Notes: generated by a model from the sequence alone, not told the origin. Positions 29,528-40,533 are shown, numbered from the stretch's first letter. The stretch is DNA of 57,628 bases from an uncultured virus (IMG/VR IMGVR_UViG_3300028833_000090) (IMGVR_UViG_3300028833_000090); one strand, 5' to 3'. Translations and numbers: made by a program.

Positions 29528-30268
29528 CTATATGTGATATAACTTATTGAAGTTATTCAAATTAGCACATAATTCAGAAACCCTACTTAATACTGATTCC
29601 ATAGCTTTGTTATCGAATGTTTCTTTCTTAAAATCATTTATTGATTTTACACGATTCAAACTAACAAAATCAAGTGGTAACTCAATTACGTCAATGTTTG
29701 GTAAATCTAGAGTTACAGGAGTATTTTCAGATATTAACTCTGGAATGATGAAACTAATTAATGGACTTATCTCAAAATGTAGAAGTTCACTATAGTCGTC
29801 CACTTCAACGGATTTTACTTTACAGAATATCCATCTCTCACTATAAGGGATATTCCTTCTATTCAGATAATAATCCCCATCATTACTGGCAATCGCTTTG
29901 TAGTATGGATAATTAGGATCTAGAATAGCAACTATTTCTTCATCTGTAATTTTGAATTGATTGTTAAAATACTCCTCAAAATACTTGGAAATCATCTCAA
30001 GAGATAGGTCATCTTCTAGACAACATTTACCTCTAAACATAACTAGTAATATCAGATCTACTGAATCATCAAACCTCTTACAAAGAGGTAATGTGTTAAT
30101 AAGAGCCTTTCCTATTGGATTATTACAGTTTACATTCTCTGCAATGATCCAGCAAGATTGTTGTTTTGGGATATCATCAAGCGTGTCTATTCCATAAAAA
30201 GCTCTGTTAAATGCTGCTTGAAATTCCTTCTCGTATTGAGGAGGAATTCCTAATGAAAATTTATCCAT
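29528..30268 (-). CDS. Hypothetical protein
   Basis: 246-aa ORF. Confidence 0.75.
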   Translation of the reverse strand: MDKFSLGIPPQYEKEFQAAFNRAFYGIDTLDDIPKQQSCWIIAENVNCNNPIGKALINTLPLCKRFDDSVDLILLVMFRGKCCLEDDLSLEMISKYFEEYFNNQFKITDEEIVAILDPNYPYYKAIASNDGDYYLNRRNIPYSERWIFCKVKSVEVDDYSELLHFEISPLISFIIPELISENTPVTLDLPNIDVIELPLDFVSLNRVKSINDFKKETFDNKAMESVLSRVSELCANLNNFNKLYHI

Positions 30269-30474
30269 AATAAATAAAGATTAGTGTTTTATTAATTAAA
30301 TTATCATTAATTAAGATTTCAAGGAAACAAAAAAAAATACACAGAATACTTTCACGGTTTTCTGTGTATTTTTTAATTACTGGACCAAAGCTCTTTTCTA
30401 CTCCAGGGGGAGTGGCTTTGGACCAAAGATTTGCCAAATAATGTAATAAATCATATTATTAAATTTAATAATTA

Positions 30475-31395
30475 TTACTTTTTATCTTCCTTCGGTCGGG
30501 TTTGTTTCCCTCTAAAAGAAGTTACCGTACTAAAGCCATAAGCGCGAATCTTTTCATCGTCTGAAAGAGGTTTAGGTTCAACCTCTTTGGCTTTAGTTAA
30601 GAATTCAGCTACTCTCTCAGGAATATCCCAGAAAGAATACATGAATTTAGCTGGTAAGGAAAGCTGTTTATAATCAGTTCGATGATAAACCTGTACACGC
30701 TTTCCTTTTTCACTACCCCACTCCCATGAATAAGTCAAATTCACTTTTATGTGAGATAATGTTGGGTTACACAAGTAGTCCCAGAAACCAAAGTCTGTAA
30801 TGAACAATGGTGCCTGGAGCTGGTCAAACATTGTGTAGACGTTGCAAAGTTTGAAACATTCTTTTTCTGTATCAAACTCGAACCCAAGCTCATCAAGGAG
30901 CTTCGGGAATGCAATATGTCCGTAAATACTTTTATAAGTATTATCGAAATACTTCCATTCCCATTTATATGGGTGGCAACTCCAATGCTTATATTTATCA
31001 GCATAGTAGGGTCTTTTTTCCTCCTCCAATTTGCTAGAGTAAATACCAAGATCTTTAAGATACTTTACAGGGTTTTTGTAAAGTATCTTAGACGAATATA
31101 CCTCCTTACAAATTAAGTAGTCAGTATATGTCGTTACCCCGTCATTCCCTATTGGAAGGAAATACAAATCGGGATATATTCCTACAACCAGCATAGAGTG
31201 CCAGTCGTGGAAATATTTTACTCTTCTGTATTCATCACTATTTTTATAGTCGAATACATTTTCAATAATCTGCCTCAATTGAGGAGGAAGATTATCTTTT
31301 TCAATCTGACAATAGCGCTTAGTCTGATTATAGACCAAATTGTCAGATGAATCTGGCGCAGGATGCCAGTAATCTGATGCATAGTTAATTGTCAT
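30475..31395 (-). CDS. Hypothetical protein
   Basis: 306-aa aromatic-rich ORF after a leader element. Confidence 0.75.
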   Translation of the reverse strand: MTINYASDYWHPAPDSSDNLVYNQTKRYCQIEKDNLPPQLRQIIENVFDYKNSDEYRRVKYFHDWHSMLVVGIYPDLYFLPIGNDGVTTYTDYLICKEVYSSKILYKNPVKYLKDLGIYSSKLEEEKRPYYADKYKHWSCHPYKWEWKYFDNTYKSIYGHIAFPKLLDELGFEFDTEKECFKLCNVYTMFDQLQAPLFITDFGFWDYLCNPTLSHIKVNLTYSWEWGSEKGKRVQVYHRTDYKQLSLPAKFMYSFWDIPERVAEFLTKAKEVEPKPLSDDEKIRAYGFSTVTSFRGKQTRPKEDKK

Positions 31396-31411
31396 TTCTG
31401 TAGTTTTTTAT

Positions 31412-31478
31412 GTTAATAATCGTGAAAAATAAAAGAAGATATAAAGTGCACTTATATCTTCTCAATATTAAGGGTTTT
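31412..31478 (-). promoter_or_regulatory. Leader element copy 9
   Basis: AAAACCCTTAATATTGAGAAGATATAA..TTATATCTTCT TTTATTTTTCACGATTATTAAC. Confidence 0.75.
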
Positions 31479-31583
31479 AGGGAAATAAAAAAAATAATCT
31501 CAGCTAAATTAATAGTGAGATTATTTTTATATGTTGATAGTTATTAGCCTCTGTTAGAACATATATATCGCTAATAACGTTTT

Positions 31584-32597
31584 TTATGACAATTTCTGGT
31601 AGTCGTGAGCGTCCTGCGATGAGGCAAAGACATTAATCTGACCATCAATCAGAAACATCTTCATCTCTGCGTTGAGGCTCTCGTCATAAAACGAACCAGA
31701 CCACTCCTGGTATACACCAACAGTGCAACCATTGTGTGTACCGGCCGCCATGAAGAACACGACACTACCATTGAGAATAGTATAATACTTTTCTCCAAAG
31801 ACCATACTATTCTTGTCCAGAACAAGGCTATCCTTGTCTACCTTGGAAAGCCTTTCAGCTTCCTTGGCTTCATAGGCCTTGATCCTTTCCTGACGCTCTG
31901 CCTCTAATGCCTCATCCTCTGCACGCTTTGCAGCGGCTCGTTTGGCTTGGATAGCAGACCAAGCGTCATTAGATAACTTCCTTAATTCATCGAAATTACC
32001 TTCATTCACCTGAGCGGCGAATTTCTCAGCAATTTCTTTTGAATTAAAAAATATGCACGGCTTAGAGTAGTCCTCCAAGAAGAATACACCTTCACCATTG
32101 GTGAAAATGTTATCCTTGCGGATGTACTCATCAGTGCAGTATGTTGCATTCCCGGATGCAATATGGTCTACGGATGTGCAACGAACGCGGTCACGAGCCT
32201 TGGTAGACTCTACAACCACGGGTTTTTTATTTTCCCTACGGGAGAGAAAATAAAACTCTCCTTCGAGTGAGTATTCCTTCTCCTCGAAGCAGCAGGCTGC
32301 TTTCTCTGCCCAGCGAAGAAGCTGAGCTTTAGAAAACATCCTCTTGTGATTTGCGCGGGCATCCTCCGGCTTTTGATAGCCAAAGTTGTCAACGTCACAA
32401 GTCACTGCGAATCCTTTTGGACGATTCTTGTAGATATCATCCACGAAGGATCTAAAATCAGCCTCATGTTGTTCGCGGCTGGTTGATTCCATTCTGCGAT
32501 CTGCGCGAATGTAGAATGGAAATACGGGACGATTTTCTTTTTCGAAGAAAATCGGAAACATCCTGTGTTCAACAGGAGTGACTATCGTTACTTTCAT
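31584..32597 (-). CDS. Hypothetical protein (higher GC)
   Basis: 337-aa ORF with a charged helical linker. Confidence 0.75.
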   Translation of the reverse strand: MKVTIVTPVEHRMFPIFFEKENRPVFPFYIRADRRMESTSREQHEADFRSFVDDIYKNRPKGFAVTCDVDNFGYQKPEDARANHKRMFSKAQLLRWAEKAACCFEEKEYSLEGEFYFLSRRENKKPVVVESTKARDRVRCTSVDHIASGNATYCTDEYIRKDNIFTNGEGVFFLEDYSKPCIFFNSKEIAEKFAAQVNEGNFDELRKLSNDAWSAIQAKRAAAKRAEDEALEAERQERIKAYEAKEAERLSKVDKDSLVLDKNSMVFGEKYYTILNGSVVFFMAAGTHNGCTVGVYQEWSGSFYDESLNAEMKMFLIDGQINVFASSQDAHDYQKLS

Positions 32598-32682
32598 AAC
32601 GTAAACTTCTTATTAAACTGCCATTTCTGACAGACCCCCTACAGAATACTAACACTTGGAGGTTTTAATTTCGTATTTAAAT

Positions 32683-33135
32683 AAAAAAAAATGGGTCGCT
32701 TTGCAACTGCTGCAACAGTATCGACCCACTGCCCTACCTTACGTCCACCACGTTATTTGCAGATTCGTGGTGAGCCTGTAAGGTACAGTTCGAGGTAAAA
32801 TCTAAAAACCCTCGCATATATCACCAATGCTTCCGCACACATGGTGCGGTTCAGTGTCGTTTTAATGGGACGATCCACTAAGACCCCTCACTGATGCTAT
32901 ATTTTTAGTACAGGCCTATGTTACGTACTCCTCACCTGAATTCCGGTATTTTCGACTTACGAACAACCTCTTAATTTAAAAGGTAACCGGTAACCATTTC
33001 TTCCTCATGGACAAACTATCGAGTTTCTACTCGCAATATCCATTTTCCTCAACTCGTAATAACCAAATGTTTGGAAAGAACTCCTTTTTCGCCAACGGAA
33101 GCGTTAACTAGTTCTTTTTAAGCGTTTAAATTATA
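32683..33135 (-). ncRNA. Structured ncRNA candidate B (about 450 nt)
   Basis: ORF-free; promoter motif at 33141-33157; many stems with G-U pairs on the minus strand; ends in TGGGTCG..CGACCCA + U9. Confidence 0.65.
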
Positions 33136-33178
33136 TTTTACTACATTTAAGGGTTTCAGAATTTCAAATAGGGTATTT

Positions 33179-33739
33179 TCATTCTGGCAATTTTACTAGA
33201 AAAATATGGAAAGACATCTCACCATAAAAATCAAAAAACCAATCCTTGAAATCTGGCCTATGATTTCGTCTTTCTTCTTTTTCCTCTACTACAAATCCTT
33301 CTTCTTTCAATATTTTCATTCTATCCTCAAGCATCTCATCTGATATAACAATCACTTGAGTAAGATTCCAATCTGTAATATCTAAATCTACCTTAATGGT
33401 TCGGAGCATGTTATAACCACGAAGATACATTCTACCCTTTTCATAGAAAAAATTTGCCGTATTAATAAAATCATCAACTGTGAGATTTAGATTATACAAT
33501 GATGTTCTCTTGTCATGAACATATTTATCTAATAACTCTCCAATAGGTTCGTGCAATTTATATAACTCTTTTAATAGAAAAACTCGTCCATCACCTCTAA
33601 GATCATATATCCTAGCCTCATGTTCGTCTTTCTGTTTTATGATCTTTCCTATAAAATCTAAAAACAATTTTCTAGGTTGATGAATATGAAACTCATCCTC
33701 TTTTTCTTTTAGTTCTTTCTTTATTTCTTCTGCTAACAT
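33179..33739 (-). CDS. Hypothetical protein
   Basis: 186-aa ORF. Confidence 0.7.
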   Translation of the reverse strand: MLAEEIKKELKEKEDEFHIHQPRKLFLDFIGKIIKQKDEHEARIYDLRGDGRVFLLKELYKLHEPIGELLDKYVHDKRTSLYNLNLTVDDFINTANFFYEKGRMYLRGYNMLRTIKVDLDITDWNLTQVIVISDEMLEDRMKILKEEGFVVEEKEERRNHRPDFKDWFFDFYGEMSFHIFLVKLPE

Positions 33740-33863
33740 GATATTTATGTGTTTATTTATTAATTATACTCAATGATTAGATTAATAGGAGATTAAACGT
33801 GAGATTTTAATAATTTAAAACCCTAATTAATAAATAAAGTTTAACTAAATAAAAAAAAACAAC

Positions 33864-34205
33864 ATGCTTACAAAAGATGAATTTACCCAAACAATACTCG
33901 ACAAGTCCTACGAGTACTACTATGTGGATAACCCATACTCAAGATGGGGACAGGCCGTTTTTAATTCCACGGTAGAGTTGTTCGATTCAAAGATTGCACG
34001 AACATCACAATTTGTTTATCGAGTTGATTGTTATTACCACGATGACAAGGTAGAAGACTTTCTCGACAAGTGCTATGAACTGTACGTAATTGACCAGAAA
34101 AAGCCAATTGATTACCAAAAAGTACTTAATTGGTGGAATACATCGCACGGAGAGAACAGAGAAAATTCACGTTTGGAACTTATTAAAACAATAGAATGTG
34201 AATAA
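33864..34205 (+). CDS. Hypothetical protein
   Basis: 113-aa ORF overlapping the helicase start. Confidence 0.7.
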   Translation: MLTKDEFTQTILDKSYEYYYVDNPYSRWGQAVFNSTVELFDSKIARTSQFVYRVDCYYHDDKVEDFLDKCYELYVIDQKKPIDYQKVLNWWNTSHGENRENSRLELIKTIECE

Positions 34206-36150
34206 AACGATATTAGATGTACCAGCTGGTGTCAGGTATATCTCTGATTGGGTAGATTTCGATCTACCCAATTTTCCAGTAATTATAAATAAACAATTGC
34301 CTGGTTGTGGATTTACGGATTTTTGTATAAAGAATAAAAAGAATGTAATTCTTTGTAGCCCAAGGAAATTCTTGTTGGAAAACAAGGCAGAACAGCATCC
34401 TAATAATGTTCTCTATATTAATCCATCTTTAATTGGATTAGAGAATCAGGAAGTTGATATGCTAGAAAGAATTCCACCAGAATATCCTACAATGATTCAA
34501 CTTGGTAATCTACAGACACTAATTTATAATTACTTGGTAAAATGTAGAAAAAATCATAAATTTGCTAAAATACTCGTTACATACGATTCATTTAAATACG
34601 TAAAACAGGTCTTAGCAAGTTTAAAAGAGAATCCAGATAATTATTATATTGTTGTCGATGAGTTTCAATCGGTATTTACTGACTCATCCTTCAAACCCGA
34701 TACTGAATTGGAATTTATTAATGAGTTAAGGGGAATTAATAATGTCTGTTTTGTATCCGCTACTCCAATGATGGAGGAGTATTTGGATAAAGTTGATATG
34801 TTTAGTGGCTTACCATATTATGCTCTTGATTGGGAAAAGTTACAACCAATGAGGGTTAATAGACCGTGTATTGCTACACATCCTGTTAGTTCAGTTATAT
34901 CAGCAGGAGTTCATATCATAAATAAATTAAAATCAGGACAATTTGAAGAGGTTTATACAGGAGATGATCAAAATCCAACTCTTGTTAAAGCCAAAGAGGT
35001 TGTTATATACGTTAATTCTGTCGCTAATATTATTAAATTAGTAAAGAAAACAGGATTAAAACCAGATGAAGTTAATATTCTTTGTGCTAGAACAAAGCGT
35101 AATGAGGATATTCTTCAAAAGAATTTATCTGGCTGGTATAAAATTGGTCATATACCTTTGAAAGGTGAATCAAGAAAAATGTTTACATTCTGTACAAGAA
35201 CTACATATTTTGGTGCAGACTTTTATTCTGATTGTGCTAAAACAGTTATTCTATCCGACGCTAACGTCGGTTGTACAGCTGTAGATATTGCTCTTGATAT
35301 ACCCCAGATTATGGGAAGACAAAGAATGAAAGAGAATCCTTGGAGAAATTTAGCGGATCTCTATTATGTCAAATCCCATAAAAAGTATACAGAAAAACAA
35401 ATCAACGAAAAAGTTGATGAAAAAATAAAACAATCAAACCTCATTATCGATTCTTATAATAGTATTCATAATCCGAATGCTGATATTGAGAATTATTTAA
35501 AAGATTTGATTAAAATTTCTGTATCCGCTAATGCGTATAAAAAAGATTATGTTGGATTACAAGAGAATGAAGATGGCTCTGTTGATGTTATTTTCAATAA
35601 TCTTGCTATGTATGCCGAACTTAGATCTTATAGTGTCGTTTTATCAGATTACACTAGCCCATTACAATTTTCAGAGGCTAATTTAACAGCTCATATCTCA
35701 AAAGTACCAGAGTTAATGACTAAGTTAAATCAAGCTTCATACTTTGAAGATAAGTTAAAATTAGTCTGTGAATATAAATCTCAATTAACTGATCTTGAAT
35801 GGAATGATGTGCTTGCGCACATTCCTGCTAGAATAACTAGTATAATAAAACAAGTAGGTGTAGATTTATGTACACAATGTGGTTATCGTGTAACTAGGAT
35901 AAAAGAAGTAGCTGTCTTGAAAGACAGCAGAGATGTAATTATAGATAAAATCAGAAATATGGTAAAACCAGGTGATGATTTTACTACATCTCAAGTAAAA
36001 GATATGCTTAAGAAAATTTATGATGAATTGAGTATCGTAAAAGATCCTAAAGCTGGTGATTTTGTAGAGTATTTAAACGGAAAAGTTAGGGTTTATCGTA
36101 AAATTGATCCTAACAATAATAAAAAAGAAGTACGTTATAAAATACTTTAA
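34198..36150 (+). CDS. SF2 (DExx) helicase-like protein
   Basis: PGCGFT (variant Walker A), VTYDS, VVDEFQ, VSATP, YVNSV, CTRTTYFGADF, QIMGRQR. Confidence 0.8.
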   Translation: MNKTILDVPAGVRYISDWVDFDLPNFPVIINKQLPGCGFTDFCIKNKKNVILCSPRKFLLENKAEQHPNNVLYINPSLIGLENQEVDMLERIPPEYPTMIQLGNLQTLIYNYLVKCRKNHKFAKILVTYDSFKYVKQVLASLKENPDNYYIVVDEFQSVFTDSSFKPDTELEFINELRGINNVCFVSATPMMEEYLDKVDMFSGLPYYALDWEKLQPMRVNRPCIATHPVSSVISAGVHIINKLKSGQFEEVYTGDDQNPTLVKAKEVVIYVNSVANIIKLVKKTGLKPDEVNILCARTKRNEDILQKNLSGWYKIGHIPLKGESRKMFTFCTRTTYFGADFYSDCAKTVILSDANVGCTAVDIALDIPQIMGRQRMKENPWRNLADLYYVKSHKKYTEKQINEKVDEKIKQSNLIIDSYNSIHNPNADIENYLKDLIKISVSANAYKKDYVGLQENEDGSVDVIFNNLAMYAELRSYSVVLSDYTSPLQFSEANLTAHISKVPELMTKLNQASYFEDKLKLVCEYKSQLTDLEWNDVLAHIPARITSIIKQVGVDLCTQCGYRVTRIKEVAVLKDSRDVIIDKIRNMVKPGDDFTTSQVKDMLKKIYDELSIVKDPKAGDFVEYLNGKVRVYRKIDPNNNKKEVRYKIL

Positions 36151-36208
36151 ATAAATTGGAATAATCTATTGAGTCTTAACGACTTAGTAGATTATTTCTT
36201 TTTCTTTC

Positions 36209-36604
36209 GAAAAGTTTCATTCTGGTCCGTACGTAAAGGGTGGTAACTCTATATATTATATATTTATTATAAACAAAAAATTTTTATATTTTATATAAGG
36301 GGAGAAAAAAATCTTGAAAATCTCAGCCAAAAAAATGTCCAAAAATGCCCTACAGGCTATTGTAGAGGGGGTAGTAAAAATTCTCTTTCGCAAATTTTGC
36401 CTAATTTTTTAAAATTTTAGCCAAAAAAATGTCCATTTTTTCTTTCCACCTACCCCAACCAACCAAATAAGTGTATTCGGTCTTTCATCCCTCATACACT
36501 TATCCGCCTTCGGCGGAAAGAGTTATAAATCAATATAATATTATTTCAGGTTAGAGAGTTTTTTATAGAATTATTCTTACGCCCGGAGCCAAATGAAACT
36601 TCTC
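36209..36604. other. Non-coding element bounded by imperfect 28-bp inverted repeats, with internal direct repeats and hairpins
   Basis: IRs at 36209-36236 and 36577-36604 (22/28); AGCCAAAAAAATGTCCA at 36325 and 36419; TCCGCC-TTCG-GCGGA hairpin; AT-rich core. Confidence 0.55.
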
Positions 36605-36657
36605 AGATTCTTAGTTATGAATTATGTAACTCATTAATTTATAATAAATTAACAAAA

Positions 36658-37782
36658 ATGACATCAAATAAGAAAGTAATAAACAGGGAACCAAGGGAGT
36701 TTATATCTCCAACATTGGATTCTTATGATTGTGGTGATTATCCGATTGAGTACCAATCTGAGTTTTGTACTGGTATTGGTATAACAATAAATGATGAATC
36801 ACCAACCCCACCTAATAGATTCAATAAGGATGGATTTGTTGATCTATCAAAATATACTGCGGAATATGAGTTTTTTAAGAAACGTTGTAGTAAATGTAAA
36901 AGGAAATTAGTTGAATTAGCTGATCCAAAGACAAATTCTTCTGGAACTCCTGAAAAGACCGTAGAAAAATATAAACCTTTTTATGATACTACGAGAGAAG
37001 GTAGGTATATTTCTGCTTGTACAAAAAGAGGTATTGCTACAATTCCACCGGTAGAAATAACATGTCCTGATTGTATCGCTACTAATGAATTAATACCCGA
37101 TGAATTGATTCTAGTAGAGAAAGATTTACTAAAATGTAATGAGAACCTACCATCTGGTTTTAGTAGTAGTAGAGAATATTTCTTAGCATTTAAAAGAAAC
37201 TATAATTTCTTCTTTAATCTAATTCCATTAAATAATCCTGAATTAATTTCTGATGTTAAGAAGGATTATTTAAGTAAGTTTGAGAAATATTCTTTTAAAT
37301 TTTCTCAGGTTCGTTTGAAATCTAGTGATGACAATGTTAGTCCTACTAATAGAATCACAATTACTAAATTAGACGATAGGGAACTACCACCATTATTAGC
37401 TGATATCAATGATGTAGATTGTTCTGTTTTACATGAAGCTTGGGTAGATCAGATGCCTCTTCAGGTGTTTATGAAAAGTATTTTAGATTATCTTTTTAAT
37501 TCTGGTTTATCAACAGGAACTTATTCTTATAGTATTGATGATAAAGTACTTCTAAATGTAAAAATCAATTATATACCAAATGCATTTGGAGATGATTATG
37601 AGAGCTATAGAATGAAATCAATAGTAATATCTCCTAATGCTAATAACTATTCTTATACTAAATCATCAACTGGAGGAGCGCCTGAATTTGAAGTAACATG
37701 TCCCCCAGAAGAGGATGCATCAGAGAAAGTTTCTGTGGATAGTTATAGATATGATGTTGAGTGTATTCAACTTTGTGAATAG
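36658..37782 (+). CDS. Hypothetical protein with CxxC motifs
   Basis: 374 aa; CSKC and CPDC. Confidence 0.75.
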   Translation: MTSNKKVINREPREFISPTLDSYDCGDYPIEYQSEFCTGIGITINDESPTPPNRFNKDGFVDLSKYTAEYEFFKKRCSKCKRKLVELADPKTNSSGTPEKTVEKYKPFYDTTREGRYISACTKRGIATIPPVEITCPDCIATNELIPDELILVEKDLLKCNENLPSGFSSSREYFLAFKRNYNFFFNLIPLNNPELISDVKKDYLSKFEKYSFKFSQVRLKSSDDNVSPTNRITITKLDDRELPPLLADINDVDCSVLHEAWVDQMPLQVFMKSILDYLFNSGLSTGTYSYSIDDKVLLNVKINYIPNAFGDDYESYRMKSIVISPNANNYSYTKSSTGGAPEFEVTCPPEEDASEKVSVDSYRYDVECIQLCE

Positions 37783-38652
37783 ATGAAAAAATATTTTATA
37801 ATAAAAAGAAGTAACTTCAATAAGATATTTTACTTTGAAAAAGAGTGGTATCCTATTGAAGTTATTGAAGTAGAGTTAGATACTACCTTCACTCCATTAG
37901 CACCTAATAGTTATGTTAAATTATTGGATGATGAAGGTAATGTCTATACAAGATATTCATTTGAATTGTTTGATAGTAGGGAAGAAGCGGAGAATTTTAC
38001 TGGAATTTATCAAGCTGTTGGTACTGATAGTTATCCTAATTTCAAGGAAGAAAATAGTATAACTTCAAGTGAAATCCATATACCCGAAATTCAAATGAAT
38101 GAGTTAGTTGGGATACCTAGTGGTTACTGTCCATTCGAAGAAAATACTACGTGCTGGAAATTAATGGGTATTCATAGATTAATATTCATTAAAAAAGGAA
38201 TGTTGAAAGAATTTCTTATCTGGTCTCTTCATGATAGTCCGGACCGCATCAAGGATAAATACTCTACTTGGTTTATTAAAGGAATGGGAGATCTAGAAGT
38301 AATTGAAGATTTCTTAAAGAATTTTATCAATCTTAAGTGTTTTCCCGTTCTATTCTTTGAAGATAACTATGAGATTCGTGGAATGGATAAATTTGCCAAG
38401 ATGAATTTTAAAGATTTACCTGTTTTTGCCATTGAACCTAAAATATTTGTCGATGATAAGACGATCAGTACGATGAGATTCAGTGGTTATCATTGGGTAA
38501 TAAAAGATTTTTCTAAAGAAGTAAATCTCTTTTATTGTGTGAATATTGAATGTGGTGGTTTTCATCAATTTCATGGAAGAGATCTTTTTATGAATGAGGA
38601 TGATGCTGCGGAAGCTATCCTAGATAGAACTGAATTCACATACAATAAATAA
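37783..38652 (+). CDS. Hypothetical protein
   Basis: 289 aa, abuts the previous stop. Confidence 0.75.
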   Translation: MKKYFIIKRSNFNKIFYFEKEWYPIEVIEVELDTTFTPLAPNSYVKLLDDEGNVYTRYSFELFDSREEAENFTGIYQAVGTDSYPNFKEENSITSSEIHIPEIQMNELVGIPSGYCPFEENTTCWKLMGIHRLIFIKKGMLKEFLIWSLHDSPDRIKDKYSTWFIKGMGDLEVIEDFLKNFINLKCFPVLFFEDNYEIRGMDKFAKMNFKDLPVFAIEPKIFVDDKTISTMRFSGYHWVIKDFSKEVNLFYCVNIECGGFHQFHGRDLFMNEDDAAEAILDRTEFTYNK

Positions 38653-38705
38653 TAAAAGAAAAAAAAAGAACATATAGCATTAAAAACTATATGTTCTTTT
38701 TTTTT

Positions 38706-39551
38706 TTAGAATACCCATTCTTTTGGGTATTTAACTCTTTTTAATGATCCATCACTCAATACAGTATAAGTGACGGATGATACAATCGGTTGATCTTTCT
38801 TTTCTTCAACCAATTGTTTAACTTCTTCAAATACTAGTAGATTTGGTGATTTTAAATTCGTCCAATCTTTTGTAATAAATACTGGTATTTGACCGGGAGT
38901 GTTATTATAGTAAAAAGAATCGGTGTCAACTTCTTTTATTTTAGATCCGCCTATTTCGATTCTGTACTTTTCAGCACTCGACAAATCACCACCTACAAAA
39001 ACACTGTTGTAGATGTTTCTCATGCAGATCTCAAAATTAATATCCATAGATGGGAAGAGTTTTATTCTTCCCCTAGTTTGGAATTTTTTGAACTCTACAT
39101 TGGGTTCGTTGCCTTTCTTAATAGTAACATGTGGATTAATAAGACTGAAAATACCAGCTCTATCACTCCACAAAAGATCAGACGTAATTTCTATACTCAT
39201 GATTAAGTCATTTCCAATATCTTTTGTAAGATCAGAAATGATTAGAGTGATAGCTGTTCTGTCTAACCTAACCATTAAATAATAATCACTTTTCTTTCCA
39301 GGCGTATACCCAAAAACGAGAATATTATTTACATTACATAACTTCCACTTTTTACCAGCCAATGTAATTAGCTCATCTGTGGAAGTCATGTCAAACGGAC
39401 TTCCTTGAAAAGTCTTTAATATATTGGATTTCACTTTATCTTGCTTGAGACTCCAATTATGGAATCTCTCATTCAAGTCAGAGAGAAATCTATTTATCCA
39501 ACTTTTCAGATATTCATAGTCTGATGTTGGTAACTTTTCAAATTTTATCAT
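38706..39551 (-). CDS. Hypothetical protein
   Basis: 281-aa ORF. Confidence 0.75.
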   Translation of the reverse strand: MIKFEKLPTSDYEYLKSWINRFLSDLNERFHNWSLKQDKVKSNILKTFQGSPFDMTSTDELITLAGKKWKLCNVNNILVFGYTPGKKSDYYLMVRLDRTAITLIISDLTKDIGNDLIMSIEITSDLLWSDRAGIFSLINPHVTIKKGNEPNVEFKKFQTRGRIKLFPSMDINFEICMRNIYNSVFVGGDLSSAEKYRIEIGGSKIKEVDTDSFYYNNTPGQIPVFITKDWTNLKSPNLLVFEEVKQLVEEKKDQPIVSSVTYTVLSDGSLKRVKYPKEWVF

Positions 39552-39553
39552 TT

Positions 39554-40444
39554 TTACTTAAATTCAAACAATTTAGTAAATACAATATTTCCTCTGAGGT
39601 GAATTTGGTTTTCACCGTTGAGGAACGGCATTAAATTTCTCCCTATTGCATTTATTTGATCTTGTGTAGGAGAATCAAAATTCAATTTTTTGCATATATC
39701 ACTTATGCAGAAAATTATACTATTAGGAGGACAGTTATAAATATCCTCCACCATAACCACAGAGTCTGGATTTACCCCAAGTCGTAATCCAGTTTTATCT
39801 GGATTATCATACAATAATTGAGTAAGTCCAAATCTTTCTAGGGGTTCTCTATCCATGTAAATCATGGATACGATCCAGTTACCAACTCTAACAAACTGAA
39901 GTGTGGTAACTTTTGGTTCTTTAGGCTGTTGATCTTCTCTTTCTTCTTTGTAAGAAAAAGGATCAACGACTGGTGGATTATTTACGTCTCTACCAAATGC
40001 AAGTTCATTACTAAATTCATGATAAAAAACGTGCATGCCATCAATTTGATCATAACTAAAACCTTCTCCAAAGAAATCGATTTCTTTGTTGAGAAAATCG
40101 ACAGTGATTTGGTCAAATTTTTCTTTAATAAATTTTTCCAAGTTATCTTCTTCCTGTGAATTTGCCAGTGGAAATTCACAAAAAGAGATACCTTTTCGAA
40201 GATCTCCAACTTTTTCGTTCCCCTTAGCATAAGGTTGAAGAACGACAAGATCTTGAAGATCAGCTATCATAGGTAGGGCACGTGTTAACCAACCTAACGG
40301 TCCAGTTAACAAGTGATCATTTGCATGACCTTTATCTACCCCAATTGCGAGGAGATAAAGATTATATTTGTCCCTACCAATGTAGGTTCCAAGTCCGAGC
40401 TTTTCGAGCTCTTCACATTGGTTTTTTATTTCGTAATATTTCAT
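39554..40444 (-). CDS. Hypothetical protein
   Basis: 296-aa ORF after a leader element. Confidence 0.75.
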   Translation of the reverse strand: MKYYEIKNQCEELEKLGLGTYIGRDKYNLYLLAIGVDKGHANDHLLTGPLGWLTRALPMIADLQDLVVLQPYAKGNEKVGDLRKGISFCEFPLANSQEEDNLEKFIKEKFDQITVDFLNKEIDFFGEGFSYDQIDGMHVFYHEFSNELAFGRDVNNPPVVDPFSYKEEREDQQPKEPKVTTLQFVRVGNWIVSMIYMDREPLERFGLTQLLYDNPDKTGLRLGVNPDSVVMVEDIYNCPPNSIIFCISDICKKLNFDSPTQDQINAIGRNLMPFLNGENQIHLRGNIVFTKLFEFK

Positions 40445-40459
40445 GTATATTATAATTTA

Positions 40460-40533
40460 GTTAATAAATAATCTAGAAAAATAAAAGAAGATATAAACAA
40501 TATTGTTTATATCTTCTCCTAATTAAGAGTTTT
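40460..40533 (-). promoter_or_regulatory. Leader element copy 10
   Basis: AAAACTCTTAATTAGGAGAAGATATAAACAATATTGTTTATATCTTCT TTTATTTTTCTAGATTATT. Confidence 0.7.

Noticed and set aside
30381..30430. Short TGGACCAAAG repeat and hairpin
   Set aside because: A 10-bp repeat with a single stem in a 3' UTR; not distinguishable from an ordinary stabilising hairpin.
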